From the NCBI RefSeq assembly GCF_009914755.1, contig NC_060932.1: DNA of 64,000 bases. One strand, given 5' to 3'. Position numbers and translations under genes: made by a program. This document shows, piece after piece, positions 31,511 to 45,652 of this stretch. How positions within the stretch are numbered: position 1 is the stretch's first letter; each line of letters starts with the position of its first letter. The notes under the pieces are model-generated. The model searched no databases and was not told the DNA's origin. It worked only from the letters and a program-made list of their open reading frames with translations. This DNA comes from the human T2T-CHM13v2.0 reference genome, Homo sapiens.

Positions 31511-32512
31511 ATCTGGCTGCCAGGAATCACACACCTCGTACCAATCATCAGTATGAGCAATTTAATAACCCCACAAATCCTGCTCTCTGCTGCCTGGGCT
31601 CCTTCAGCCACTGTCACCTCTAGTTCAGTTTGTTTATAGATGTAAGTCATGCATTTGTCTACTGTCTTTCAAACACCCAGAGACACAAGTTAATTATCAT
31701 AGCAGTGTTCCCTTGGAGGCCCTGTTCCCAAGGCTTAGGGTGATTGGTAAGTAAACTTCACTCTTCCCCACAGAGAAGCAAGGATATGGATCATGTCAGA
31801 ACACTCGAACAACTTATCTAAAGGAATCCTCTCCCTAATCCCCAGAGCAATGAAACTTCAAACCTTTAATACCTCAAGTGGGTGAGTGTCTACAAAACCA
31901 GTCTTCAGATGTCCCTTTTCCAAGTCCTACCACTTTTTTTTAGATTGTACAGGGACAATTTATAATTATATAATTTTATGGGGTACAAAGTGGTAATATA
32001 ATTTACTAATACAAGGCGGAATAATTAAATCAACAAGTATATTTAGAATGTGGAAACACTTAACCACCTGCAGGTTATTATATGTCCTTTAGGCTTCAAC
32101 CAAAACTAAGAGAAAAATAGTACAGTTTTACATTTTGTAATATTAATTAATGAGGCAAAGATGATTTTTGTGCACATGAAATATTTCTCTTTCAGTGGTG
32201 ACAGAAAACTATCTGAAATGAAAACGTGGTTATGAACATAGAGAAGACTGAAAGTGGGAAGAGTCCCTTCATGATATTAAGAAATAACTTAAAAACATCA
32301 GACAAAACTATCGGTGTATAGGAATGCTTGTCTGTTGTGACTCCGGGTGTTTGAAAGACAGTAGACAAATGCTTGACTTACATCTATAAACAAACTGAAC
32401 TAGAGGTGACAGTGGCTAAAGGAGACCAGGCAGCAGAGAGCAGGCTTTGTGGGGTTGTTAGATTGCTCACACTGATGATTGGTATGAGGTGTGTGATTCC
32501 TAGGAGGCAGAT
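31511..32512. repeat. Inverted duplication with arms 31511-31688 and 32335-32512
   Basis: Manual alignment gives 178 bp with about 13 mismatches and no gaps; spacer about 646 bp. Confidence 0.95.
31940..32035 (-). mobile_element. L1MA 3'-terminal fragment
   Basis: ttttatggggtacaaagtg...ggaataattaaatcaa. Confidence 0.6.
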
Positions 32513-32733
32513 ATTCATATATATAATCATTTTATAGATAATACATATACACACACACCCCTCTGGGAGCCAGACATGTGTATATATATATATATGAATA
32601 CACATGCACACACACATATATATATAATACTGGTAAAATAATAAATCACCTCTTATTAATACACTTAACTTTAATAAGCAAGATATTACAATACAGATTG
32701 AAGGTCAAATTTTAAACTCAAGCAATTGTCTCC

Positions 32734-32779
32734 CTGAGGTTGAACTATAATATCTCCTGAAGTTGAACTATAATATCTC
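32734..32779. repeat. 23-bp tandem duplication
   Basis: ctgaggttgaactataatatctc / ctgaagttgaactataatatctc. Confidence 0.9.
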
Positions 32780-33459
32780 CAATATTCACACCACACATCT
32801 GACATATGCACACATGCTGTGCTGATCAAATTGATGGTTATTTCCTGTGATTTGGAAGTGGTTCAGAACACAAAGATTCTAAGTGTTTCTGAAGGTTTGG
32901 ATAATGACTCTGGAACTTGGGATACCACAGTAAAACAAAACCAAACACAAAATATGTGTAGTAACAAAAAGCAAAGTGGATAATTGAAACAATTATCTTG
33001 AGTATTCGTGACTAATTTGTTGAAATAATCCACAAAATATTCAGATAATAACAATTACAGACTGTGAATGTGAAGTGTCTGGAGAAAGGCATCATCTCAA
33101 ACCAGCACTACACTGTTTGGCAATGAAGTACTCCCGTCTTGAGGGGGAAACAAGGCTCTCTTTAACAATTTTTTGTTTAACATATGGTTACTGAAGGCAA
33201 GCCTCTTTCTGCAGAAAGAAACACTTAGGACCATATGCAAAAAGAACTGAAATATAGTAGAAGGATCTGAAGACACAGGACATTCTTAACACACTGATTT
33301 ACCACTTGATAATGGGAGCAAAATGTTTAGAATTTTCTGAAGTTTGTCCATCCAGGAATTGATTTCTCTATTAATTATTTCTTCCCTTTTTCTTTTCCTT
33401 CCCTCTTTCCTTTGTGTCCTACTGAGTTGATAGAAGTACTCAAGTATGTTGGAATATAT

Positions 33460-34100
33460 TTTTAATAGATATTTTAAATTTTAGATTAGTTTTTGATTTG
33501 CAGAAAATTTGGAAAAATAGTTGCCTTATACCCTCACCTGGTTTCCCCATTGTAACATCTTACACTACCAACGTACATTTGCAACAACTAGGAAACTAAC
33601 ATTGGCATATTACTATTAACTACACTTAGATTTTATTGAATTTTCAAGTTTTTGATTTTTTTTCATTCCAGGATCCCACCCAGGATTCTATCTAGGATAA
33701 CACATTACAATTAGCCATCTTGTCTCTTTAGTCTCCTCTGATCTGTCACTGTTCATCAGATTTCTCTGTTTTTTTATAACCTTGACTTTTTTTTGAATAC
33801 CAGTGAAATATTTGGTACAATATTTCTCAATTTCAGTTTGTCTGATGTTTTCTTATCATGGCTCAGCCAGAGTTTTAGGTTTCTAGGAAGAAAAAGGTAA
33901 AAGTGAAGTCTTCTTGTAGAATAATAAGATAACATGTTATCGACTTAATCACTGATAATATTACCCTTGAACACCTCCCTGGCCAAGGTAGTGTTTTCCA
34001 GATTTCTCTGCCATAAATGTATTTAGTTTTTCCTTTTTCCATACTCTACTCTTTGGAAATAAGCCACTAAACACAGCCAACAGTTAGGGTGGAGGGAGAA
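33460..34100 (-). mobile_element. L1MC/L1MD 3' end
   Basis: ccaggatcccacccaggat...cacattacaattag; gtttgtctgatgttttct; ggccaaggtagtgttttccagatttctc. Confidence 0.7.
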
Positions 34101-34761
34101 GAGTAAAACACAGTTTAAAGCACATCACTGTCCTTAGTAATAATCTTGAATGTGATTCTTCCACTGGATAGAAAATGTATAAGTTTGGCTGCGTTATATT
34201 TTGAGAGGAAAGCAGAGCTATTCCATGTAGATTTTCATATTGTTCAAATTCAGACAATTTTGCCTTCTTCTTTGTTGATGCTCAGTGTATATGACACATT
34301 AAGGTAAATATTTCAAAAATAAATTTTAATATTTAAAGGTAGTAGAGTAAATTTGTAAATGCACAATACCTAATATCTGACAGTAATTTGGCAGTATGTC
34401 AGTGGTCTTAAAAGCTGAATATACTTACAACTAATATATACCAATATTCAAAATAATTATTTTTATTACATTATCACTTGTTAATACATGTTCTTTGTAG
34501 GACAATATAAAATAAAAGAAATATAAAGGAAATTTAAATTCTGTCTGATGTAAATGCACAGAATTATAATTACCTGGGCATCAATTATGTGTATGTATAA
34601 GTCTTTCTACTCAATGCTTTTTAGAAAGATTGTTCCAATTTACATTTTCTCTTACCATACAGTAAGCACCCTTTTCTTCCATAAGTAGTGTAAAAATCAG
34701 TATACCCTATAAACCATAGGTCAACTTGTCACAAATAATTGGAAGTATATTTTTAGCTTAC

Positions 34762-34860
34762 ATTTGTAGAAACCATGCTGCGTATATTTGGCACAGAATT
34801 TCCTCTTGCCAAGATAAGGTTTCTCACTATCCACGTTCCATCTATCAAATGATGTGATTC
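34762..34860 (-). pseudogene. Candidate exon 5 (99 nt)
   Basis: Acceptor attctttacgtacaag| and donor AAT|gtaagc; two stop-free frames, ESHHLIDGTWIVRNLILARGNSVPNIRSMVSTN and (G)ITSFDRWNVDSEKPYLGKRKFCAKYTQHGFYK. Confidence 0.6.
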
Positions 34861-35639
34861 CTTGTACGTAAAGAATAATCAAAATACTGCATCAAAAATG
34901 GAGGTAACATTGCTAGTTGAAAAATAAATTTAAAATGTGACATAATAGAACACCTTAAAGACACATATTAACTTTCAATACAGAATAAGGTTTTCTACAA
35001 TTTAATTGAAGATAATACCATTCACTTACATAATCAATAATTATTTATTGACTACTTACTACAAGACAATAACTCTTCTAGTTAGTTTTAGGAAGAACCG
35101 CCTGCCTTTTCAACGTCATATCAGAGAATTGTTTAACAGGCACACCCAGGATTATTGAACTATCTAAGTGAATGTGCCTTTGTTTGACTTGCTAGTTCCT
35201 GTTAACTAGTGCTCACATGTTATGACATTAGTTGGTACTTGCAGATTTTTGCCTAGTAGAGATTTGAATTATTTTTTTCTGATAAAAAATTTAGCCCCAA
35301 GTTTATGACTGTATTGCCCTGAATGACATTAACCACTTTTATACCTAAGTTATCCATATTATTCTATCTTTAGTGCCTAATATACTCAGTTTCTCAAATG
35401 TGTTTTACCAGTTTTACCACCTTGTCGGTCCATTTATTAAAAAGCCAAATAAAATTTTAATGCGGGTTTATTCAATATCGTTATTTACTTTGGCAGAAGG
35501 ACGCCTTAGTGAACAAAGCAGTCAAAAAACCATGTGTTCTTTTAAACTGTACCATAGTGCGATAGAAACAATACAAAAATAAGTAGGATATATTGTATGC
35601 TGAACTTGATAATTCATTTTGTGAAATAAAAGTAAGGAA

Positions 35640-36125
35640 TTGGGGAAAGGAATGCAGGATTGGAAATGGTAATGTAAAATAGGATGGTAAGACAAGATAA
35701 ATAGGATATTGTGACACTATTTGAAAAAAAGTGAGAGAACAAGTCACAGAGATTTTGGGGGGAAAAGCATTCCAGGCAGGAAACAGTATGTTCAAAAGTC
35801 CTGTGGTGGGAGCATTTCCAGCCTGATGGAGACAAGCTAGCAGGAATACATGGAGGCAGAAGAAAAGGGTGTTATAGACTTTGGGGTTTACTGTGATTGA
35901 TATGGGAATTATTGGAGGTTTCTGAGCATTGGCTGACATAAGCTGATTTCCTTTTTGATAAGATTATTCTAGATTGTTAAGAATAGATTGTGGGAGTCAA
36001 AGGGCAGAAAAAGAAAAACCAATTGGAAGGCTATTGCAATAGCGTAGGTGAGAGATGGTGGGGGCCCGGACCAGTGTAGTAGTGACGGAGGAAGTGAAAA
36101 GTATTCTTTTCTGGAATATACTTTG
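35640..36125 (-). mobile_element. L2 (L2a-like) fragment
   Basis: gcattccaggcaggaaacag; ggaaggctattgcaatagcgtaggtgagagatggtgg. Confidence 0.8.
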
Positions 36126-36371
36126 TCATATGTAACAAAATAATGGGCCATCTACAAAAGAGATTCATTAGTCTGTCCACAGGGGGAAAAAGGCAGAGCT
36201 AGGGTATGAAGGAATCAGCATTATGTCAATATAGTAGGAAGTAGAAGAAAAACTGAACAAGAAAGAGGAGAAAACCTTTATAAGATTTCCTTTACGTAGG
36301 AAATGAATTTTATGCTACCTTAATTGAGGGATTTTGTTAGATTTTATTTTCTGATGAAAAATACAACATAT

Positions 36372-36665
36372 GGCCAGATGTGGTGCCTCTTGCCTGTAAT
36401 CTCAGCACTTTGGGAGCATGGCAGGAGGCTTGCCTGAGCCCAGGAGTTTGAGACCAGCCCGGGCACATAGTGAGAACCTGACTGTACATAAATTAGCCAG
36501 GCATGGGGTACATGCCTGTAGTTTCAGCTGCTTAGGTGACTAAGGCAGGAAGATCACTTGAGCCCAAGAGGGGGAGGTTGAGTCTGTAGTGAGCCATGAT
36601 TGCACCACTACACTCCAATTTGGGGGACAGAGTGAGACCCTGTCTCCAAATAAATAAATAAATAA
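36372..36665 (+). mobile_element. Alu (AluJ-like)
   Basis: gagcccaggagtttgagaccagcc; gacagagtgagaccctgtctc; (taaa)n tail. Confidence 0.93.
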
Positions 36666-36717
36666 GTATAATATAATATATGCCTATTAAAGAGCAATGG
36701 AAAATACAAAACCTGTA

Positions 36718-37070
36718 TGTATTGTCAATTTTCCTGCTGCTATAAAGATACTATCTAAGACTGAGTAATTATAAACAACAGGAGTTTAATTGACTCGCAA
36801 CTGGGGAGACCTCAGGAAACTTAGAATTATGGCAGAGGCCGGAGAAGAAGCCAGTATTTTCTTCACAAGGTGGCAGGAAAGAGAAGATAAGAATGAAGGA
36901 AGAACTTCCAAACACTTTTAAAATTATCAGATCTCTTGAGAACTCACTCACTATTATGAGAACAGCATGGGGGAAACAGCCCCCATGATCCAATCACCTC
37001 CTTCCCTTGACATATGGGAATTACAATTCAGGATGAGATTTGGGTGGGAAACAGAGCCGAACACTATCTA
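36718..37070 (-). mobile_element. MaLR LTR (THE1D/MSTA-like)
   Basis: gaactcactcactattatgagaacagcatggggg; gatgagatttgggtggg. Confidence 0.85.
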
Positions 37071-37787
37071 TGTACAAAGTGTAAAAATAAAAGTGATTAA
37101 TATCTGAAAGAGTACAAGAGAAATTCATGCAGTAAAAGCCTTCAACTCAAATACTGGAACAGTGTATTTGGAGTTTTGGTTTTGTTTTAAATTTTAAGTC
37201 AATCCACTAGCAAATAATATCTTAATAGGGAGAGAAATACATAAAACTGTCAAAGGCAAAGCTTCTTTACTTAAAGCTGGGATTTGGGAACAAGAACACC
37301 AATTGGTTAGAAATTTTTCCTCTGCACCAATCCTTGATGCATCACTGGGGCCATTCAGGGTTCAAGAGAGCATAACAGCTTCTCAAACCTATTGTCTCTC
37401 CACTAAACCCAGATAAATACATACTTTCATTAAAAAAATATATTCAGTTACATATTTTTTCAATAGATTATGGATTAAGAAAATAAAATCTAAAGCAAAA
37501 GAAAAAAAAAGTTGGAGATACTCCTGAACTAATCTTTTTTCTATTTAGCATTGTGAATAAATTAAATTATTCTAAGGGTTTTAGAAGAAGCTGTCCAGTA
37601 AAAGCAAGCCTGGGCTACAAAATGGGACATTAGTTCAGTAAGCCAGTCCAAAATGTGCTACATATTTATTTCTCTGATTCTCAGTAATGTTATCTGTCAA
37701 ATTTAGTGGCAAGATTACAGTAGACTACTTTCAAAATACTACAATAATTTCTTCACAAAGGAGTTAAAATTTTGGATCAGATTTGAA

Positions 37788-38104
<317 letters not shown>

Positions 38105-38426
38105 TAAAAATAAAATGTCAGAAAAGGAAAAAAGCATGATTTACATAGTATGTGCTATTGGGCCTCTATTCTGTTATCCATCTCTCAAGTGCGAAAAGTT
38201 CTATAAAAATAAAGAGCATATTGAATTCATAAATGAAAAATTAGGAAAGGGGGAAACTGGACTTTTTGGAATGTCCGTTAATCATCTAGTATTAATCTTA
38301 TCAGATTGTGGTCAATCAACATCACTATCTTTGGCTTTATTTTAAAGATAAAAACAATTAAAAGTTTTAGGGAGACCTTAGGACAGATAGAAAATAAAAT
38401 GTCACCCAGGAATTGATTAACATTCA

Positions 38427-38437
38427 CTATCTATCTA

Positions 38438-38484
<47 letters not shown>
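38427..38484. repeat. (CTAT)n tetranucleotide STR
   Basis: About 14 units with one interruption. Confidence 0.95.
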
Positions 38485-38756
38485 GTAATAGATTGTTTTA
38501 CATGAAACTGGGTCATCACATGACCAGGTTCAGTACTTTGCTACAATACAAGAAAGAAAAGTCAAGAAAAGTCAAAATTGAATAACCTTGCTCAGGACTA
38601 TAGACCTTTCCTGAAGGCCTCTTTAGTTATCTTTTCTTACTAATAAAGCCTCATCTTGCTTACTTTCCTTCTGCCTTTCTCCTCAAGCCACAAAACTGCC
38701 ACCAGCCCTATTGCTCTCTTCTTATCTTAACATACGGGATCCCAACCTCTTCCCAT

Positions 38757-38759
<3 letters not shown>

Positions 38760-38787
<28 letters not shown>
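38760..38787. repeat. (CA)n microsatellite
   Basis: About 14 units. Confidence 0.95.
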
Positions 38788-40188
38788 TCAGAGTAAATGC
38801 TTGTACTTTCTAAAATACTTTGATCTCCCCATTCCTTTAGCGTCTCTCATGTGAATTCCTGTGCATGACCGGCAAAATTTTTAAAAATGCTTTTTTAAAA
38901 AAGAACCTTTCTAAGGACTCACCTTTAATAATGGTGAGGGTGGGTGTCATTTTTAGTACTTAAGATTTAATGTTTTGTCCCTGTCACCTACATTCAACAG
39001 AAATAAATCATGCAGCATATATTATAAAACATTTTTATAACTTCTCTCCTTTTGGCCAAGAACAGGTGTATTATAACATATGTCTTTAGTTATAATTATG
39101 TTATTTTTCTTATATTTTAAATATTTATAACAATATTTCATTTAAATGACATTCGGCATTTATGGTGTCTCTAACTTTCTTTGATATTCAAAGGTACAAA
39201 TGGGTTCAAATATTTAATAACATCTGTAATCTCTTAGGAAAAATTCTTAGAAATCAAATTTGAAGATCAAAGTACATAAATATTCTTAGGGCTGCTAATA
39301 TATATTACCAACAGTCCCTCTGGAAAGCTTATGGATATTGATTGTGTTGCCTACCAAAACGTTTTCACCTCTTATTTCTCAGATCTTGTTTAGTCAAGTT
39401 ATTAGTTTTATTGTGAGCTGATTTAGTCCATTTTATAGTTTTTAGCCAATTATAGTTAGCTCTCAAATTAGACTCTAGGTAACTATTGCTCGTTTTTATG
39501 TTACAGGTCCTTAATATAAAAATTTCTAAGACAGATTCAGCAACTTAAGTAGTTTCAGCAGTTATGGAAAACATCCAGGCTCTTTAGTATTTAATCACTG
39601 CCTTCTTTGTATATATATACATTTTTTTTTCCTGGAATGGCTTTCAATTACTATTTAAGAATGCATAGATTCAGAGATTTAGTATTTCTGCTTTCAACAA
39701 TTAGACAATAACAATGAAGGTCTAGGTCATAAAATTATTGATAATTTTGAGGAAGCAGATATTTGAATGGGGCAATGTTAGTTTAGGTTGGGAGTGAGTC
39801 ATTTAGTTAACGTGTCTGCCTCTCTCTGCACGTTTGATTCACTGGCAGACTCTTCTCTGCTGTCTCTAGGGAGGGATTAATTCTTCTTTTTACTGTGAGA
39901 AAGTGAGAAATAGGACCTAGAATAAAAATTCACCTGATAGAATTGGAGCAGAAACAATAGAGAAAATGAGTTCCAAAAGGTTATGGATATTGTTCAAAAA
40001 ATGGAAGTCTTTGTTAAATCAAGTGGCAGAAATTCTAATTTGGTTGTGGATCTTGTCTAAGGTATTTTTACATTTACTCCATGCTGAGTATAGAAATCAA
40101 GGCAATTCTTGCGCTTTTCAGCAAGGGCCCTGACAACATGGTTCATCAATATAAAGGTGAAACCGTGGAGAGTTTAAAACTGACTAAC

Positions 40189-40222
40189 CTGGTTTTTGAG
40201 GATATTGACAGCACGCACCTCT
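40189..40222 (-). pseudogene. Candidate exon 4 (34 nt)
   Basis: Acceptor cattttctttaaaag| and donor CAG|gttagt; reads EVRAVNILKNQ or RGACCQYPQKP. Confidence 0.55.
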
Positions 40223-41887
40223 CTTTTAAAGAAAATGTAGTTCAAGTGAAAACTCAGGAATCTGTACATAATCACAAACCTTCTGAACAACATATTACCA
40301 TAAATAAAAGTTGATGTCAGAATTTCAAAAAGAAATTAACAAGAGAAGCAGCTTTAGCCAAATATGTGCCTGCCAAAGCATAGCATCCATAAAAGAGAAG
40401 GACCATAGGCCAGAAACAAATAGTCAATGAAGACAAACCTGTTTGTATTGGAAGAAAGTACCTTCCTGACCAGGAAAGCATTTAATTCATGCAGTGCTCA
40501 GCAGTAATAATCATTCATCACCATTGATTCACTTTGCTGACTCAGAGAAGTTCATAGTTAGGTTACTACAGTAATAATGTAATGTACTTTGGAGTTTATT
40601 TTAATGGCATAATTAATTTTAACAGCTTTATAAATTACTTTAGTTCTGTATTTATAGAACCATTAAGGTTATGAAAGGGTCAGTCATATTTTCAGTTATA
40701 CTTTACTGCATTTATAAAGCAAATTATATGTTATGTTGGTATGGGTGAAATAACAGATTCCAATAGCTGTAAGAACATAGCACTGAAAAAATCTACTATC
40801 TTCTGAAACAACTTATGAGTTTTCACAACCCCAGCTGTAACTACTAGTTTATTTTTACACGTAACTGACTATTCTCCCCAACATCTGCTTTCTCCTGGGA
40901 ATCAACAAATTCTGAGAAATCTAACCACCTTTAAAAAGAAAAATGCTGATTAACTAAAGGTACAACCAGGCTTCTTTGTAAATGCCTTCCTTATTTTTCT
41001 TTTTCATCCATCATGTCCTCTTGGTTTAAGCATAGGCTGTGACCAGCCGCAGAAGATATGAATTAGAGAAGCAAAATGATAAAGAAAAAAACATACAAAA
41101 TGGTTACTCCCTCCAACATATGAAGTGTAAGAGTTATACTCAAATGCACACAAAGTACACTTGCTTATCAAAAAGGATATAGGAAAAGGCGTGCTCTATG
41201 GTAACAAGGTTTTACAATACTAGAGATTTTATATGTTGCCACTTTAAGCTCATGTTTAAAATTAATTGAGATAGTGTCTTAAGAATAAATATCTCTCTGA
41301 CTAAGGATCCTAGAAAAATAAAAAGACACTGTCAAACATATTTCCATAAGCAGCAAATGAACCTTGCTTGCAGCCATAAATCATTAATCTTTAATCACCA
41401 GCCAATTTCTCAATAAGCTCATTGGCATGGAAACTCTAAGATACTCAGAGGATAGTTCTCACAGAACTGGCATGCATTGTTGGCTTGTGTGTTTAATTAC
41501 TGTTTATGCATCAGCAGAATCCAGGCTTTTGTATGTAATAAATAGAATGCTGTCATAGTGTCCAGATGGTTTTAGATTCAAGGCCCAGGGAGCATGTTTG
41601 GAGATTATACTACTGATTTACTCCCTGTTTGCACCAGTTGAATTGTAAAAAATCATGCTAATATAATAGCAGGCGTATCAAGAATTCTGAATTGTGGAAA
41701 TAAATGTATTGCTGTAGTGGTAATTTTGAAAGTCATTTAAATTTAACTGTATCTTATCAGAAAAGGTAAAGAAACCTCGAATCTAAATTTATTCCTTTGT
41801 CTAATATGATGTTCCTTTATTTTTGAAGGAGATTTGGGGAGAATACTGCCTAGAGTCCAATAACTATTCCATAAAATTCAGCTTTTA

Positions 41888-42220
<333 letters not shown>

Positions 42221-42362
42221 ATAGGAACATAGTTGTTTTCTAATAACACCTTAAAACAATCTTTTCATAAACTAAAAAAATTCTCATTATGACAGACTTC
42301 TTACTGATAAATTGTAGGAGTAAGGAAAGTGTATCCACTGAATCACATTTCTCTCACTTTTT

Positions 42363-42408
42363 TTGGCTTATTTTAATATCACAACTTGGCTTATTTTAAT
42401 AACACAAC
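42363..42408. repeat. 23-bp tandem duplication
   Basis: ttggcttattttaatatcacaac / ttggcttattttaataacacaac. Confidence 0.9.
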
Positions 42409-42690
42409 TTGTAGTAAAACCTTGTGTTTTTACTAACACAAGTATGAAATTAAAAGTGAATTAGATAAAATATTTACCCATTGATAAAATATCTAATATT
42501 GTATTCGATACAATATTTACCTATTTATTGATTGATATTTGCCTATTTTCTCATATAAATTATCACTTTTTTGAAAATTTAAATCCAAACCTTAAAAGTC
42601 TACTTTTGCTAAAATAATAGAGATTTTTCAATATTTGAATAATTTAAGATGTTTTAATATTATTCTAACTGGTTTGAATCCTGAGTTTAG

Positions 42691-44682
42691 TTTTTTCTAC
42701 TTTTACTTTAGGTTCAGAGAGTACATGTGTAGGCTTATTACCTGGGTAAATTGCATGTCACTGAGGCTTGGTGTACAAATGATCCTGTCACCCAGGAAGT
42801 GAGCATAGTACCTATTAGGTAGTCTTCTAACCCACGCCACCCTCCCAATCTTCCCTGTCAAGCAGTCCGCAGCGTTTATTGTTTCCATCTTTGTGCACAC
42901 CTGTATTTAGTGTTTAGCTCCCACTTAAAGAGAACATGAGGTATTTGGTTTTCTGTTCCTGCATTGGTTTGCTTAGAATAATGGTCTCCCGCTGCATCTA
43001 TGTTGCTGCAAAGGACATGATTTCATTCCCTTTTATGACTGCACAGATTCCACGGTGCATATGTACCACATTTTTTTTTAAATCCAGTACACCATTGATG
43101 GGCATCTTCATTGATTCCATGTCTTTGGTATCATGAATAGTGCTGTGATGAACATACAAGTTCATATGTCTTTTAGGTAGAACAATTTCTTTTCCTTTAG
43201 CTACATATCCACTAGTGGGATTGCTGGGTCAAATGGTAGTTGTTTTTAAGTTATTTGAGAAATCTCCAAACTGCTTTCCACAGCGGCTGACTAATTTACA
43301 TTCCCAAAGCATTCCCTTTTCTCTGCAACATCCTTATCATCTGTTGTGTTTTGACTTTTTAGTAATAGCCATTCTGACTGGTGTGAGATGGTATCAGTTT
43401 TGATTTGCATCTCTCTAATAATTAGTGATGATGAGCTTTTTTTCATGTATTTGTTGTCTGCATATATATCTTCTTTTCAGAAGTTTCTGTTCATGTTCTT
43501 TGCTCATTTTTTTTTCATGAAGCTATTTGGTTTTTGCTTGTTTATTAGGCCTTTATTGGATGTATAGTTTGCAAACATTTTCTCCTGTTCTCTAGGTTGT
43601 CTGTTCACTCTGTCAATAGTTTATTTTCCTGTGCCAAAGCTCTTTCTTTTGATTGGGTTCAACTTGTCAATTTCTGTTTTTATTGCAATTGCTTTTGGGG
43701 AGTTAGTCATAAATCCTTTGTGAAGGACAACATCCAGAATGGTATTTCCTAGGTTTTCTTCTAGGGTTTTTATTGTTTTAGGTCTTATATTTAATTATTT
43801 CGCCTGTCTTAGAGTTAATGTTTCTGCATGGTGAAAGAAAGGGTTCCAGTTTCAATCTCCTGCATATGGCTAGCCAGTTATCCCAGCACTATTGATTGAA
43901 TAGGGAGTCCTTTCTGCATTGCTTGTTATTGTCAACTTTGCTGAAGATCAGGCTGCAGGTGTGTGGCTTTATTTCAGGGTTCTCTAGACTTTTTGATTGG
44001 TCTATGTGTCTGTTTTTGTACTAGAACCATGCTGTTTTGGTCACTGTAGCCTTGTAGTATAATTTGAAATCAGGCAGTGTAGTCTTCGGCTTTGTTCTTT
44101 TTGCTTAGGACTGCTTTGGCAATTCTACCTCATTTTTGGTTCCTTATGAATTAATTTTTTTTTTCTAATTCTGTGAAAAATGACTTTGGTAATTTGATAG
44201 GAATGGCATTATATCTATAAATTGCTTCGGGTAGTATGGTCACCTTAACAAAATTGATTCTTCTTGTCTCTGAGCATAAAATAATTTTCTATTTATTTGT
44301 GTCATCTCAGAATTTTTTCAGCACTGTTTTGCAACTCTCATTGCAGAGATTTTTCACCTTCTTGGGAAGATGCATTCCTAGGTATTTTATTTTATTTTAT
44401 TTTATTTTATTTTATTTTATTTTATTTTATTTTATTTTATTTTATTTTATTTTATTTTATTTTATTTTTGTAGCTACTGTGAATGGAACTGGATTCCTGA
44501 TTTGGCTCTGAGCTTACATATTTTTGATGTATACAAATGCTACTGATTTTTGTACATTAATTTTGTGTCCTAAAACTTTACTGAAGTCATCTGTCAGTTC
44601 TAGGAGCCTTTGGATGGAGTCCTTAGGGTCTTCTAAATACAGAATCATATCATTGGCAAACAGAGATAATTTGACTTCCCTT
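42691..44682 (-). mobile_element. 5'-truncated L1 (L1PA15/16-like) with internal (TTTTA)n at 44384-44469
   Basis: gggtaaattgcatgtcactgaggcttggtgtacaaatgatcctgtcacccag; ORF2 end. Confidence 0.92.
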
Positions 44683-44769
44683 TGAATTTCAATAATATTA
44701 GAATTTTTATGAGAAGGTTCTAACTGTTATTAGTCAAGAGGACACAAGGACCCAACAGAGAACTCCTTG

Positions 44770-45340
44770 TCATGGTACATCCACACTGGAAAAAACTGTT
44801 TAGTAGTATGTACTAAAGCTGGTTATGTACTTACTTATGATTTAGCAATTCTATTCCAAGTTTATATTCAAATAGATATTAGTTCATATGTTGACAAAAA
44901 GACATGCTAAAATATTTATAGTAACATAATTCATAATATTCCTAAGTGGAAACTACCCAAATGTCTACAAACAGTATATTTACAGCAATGAATATAAAAT
45001 ATGACGTGCAAAATATGAGTAAGTCTCACAAAAAACATAATATTGAGGAAATAAAGGTAAGCATGAAATACACTTTGTAATGATACCTTGTATTTAAAGT
45101 TCGAAGAGAGTTATAACTATGCAGTTAGAAATCAGTATTTTTTTCCTACTTTTACTTTAGGTTCAGATGGTACCTGTGCAGGTAACCCTTTGGTAGGATC
45201 AATGGCTAAAAGAAGACACAGTGGGGATTTCTTATGTGCTAGTAATGTTCCATTTATTGGTCAGGGTCCAATAAGCATAACAGTATGTATGTAACACACA
45301 TGTATGTATGCATGTTACATGCCAGTAGAAAGTTTTAAAA
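44770..45340 (+). mobile_element. L1ME-like 3' end
   Basis: gcaattctattcca; ggaaactacccaaatgtcta; gttagaaatcag...ggtaaccctttgg. Confidence 0.7.
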
Positions 45341-45652
45341 TATACTATTTTGTGACCTTATTATAAGCTGACAAATGCATTATGCCAGTTTTACATATTA
45401 CATATTTAGGCCTAAATTTGGTATAAATAATATAATTTAAAGAGCAAAGTGGTAGATTATCTTAATATAAAATATATGTTTATATATACTTTTATACATG
45501 TTTATAAGGTTTTATAAAATAAACATGTATAGTCATTTATAGCATACAGCTGCTAATTCTTTATGAACAGCAATAAGAACAATTTATTTGTAAGTAAACT
45601 TCTTACCATATCATAATACTGAAGTTGGTTTACTTGTTTTGCTTATTGGGGT

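Noticed and set aside
34570-34670. Minus-strand donor CAG|gtaatt
   Set aside because: The adjacent sequence resembles an old L1 remnant and no acceptor was found.
35481-35939. 152-aa ORF
   Set aside because: Lies largely in a degraded L2 element; low-complexity composition.
40081-40314. 77-aa plus-strand ORF MLSIEIKAILALFSKG...
   Set aside because: No recognisable homology or splice context; it is antisense to the better-supported 34-nt candidate exon and is of chance length.
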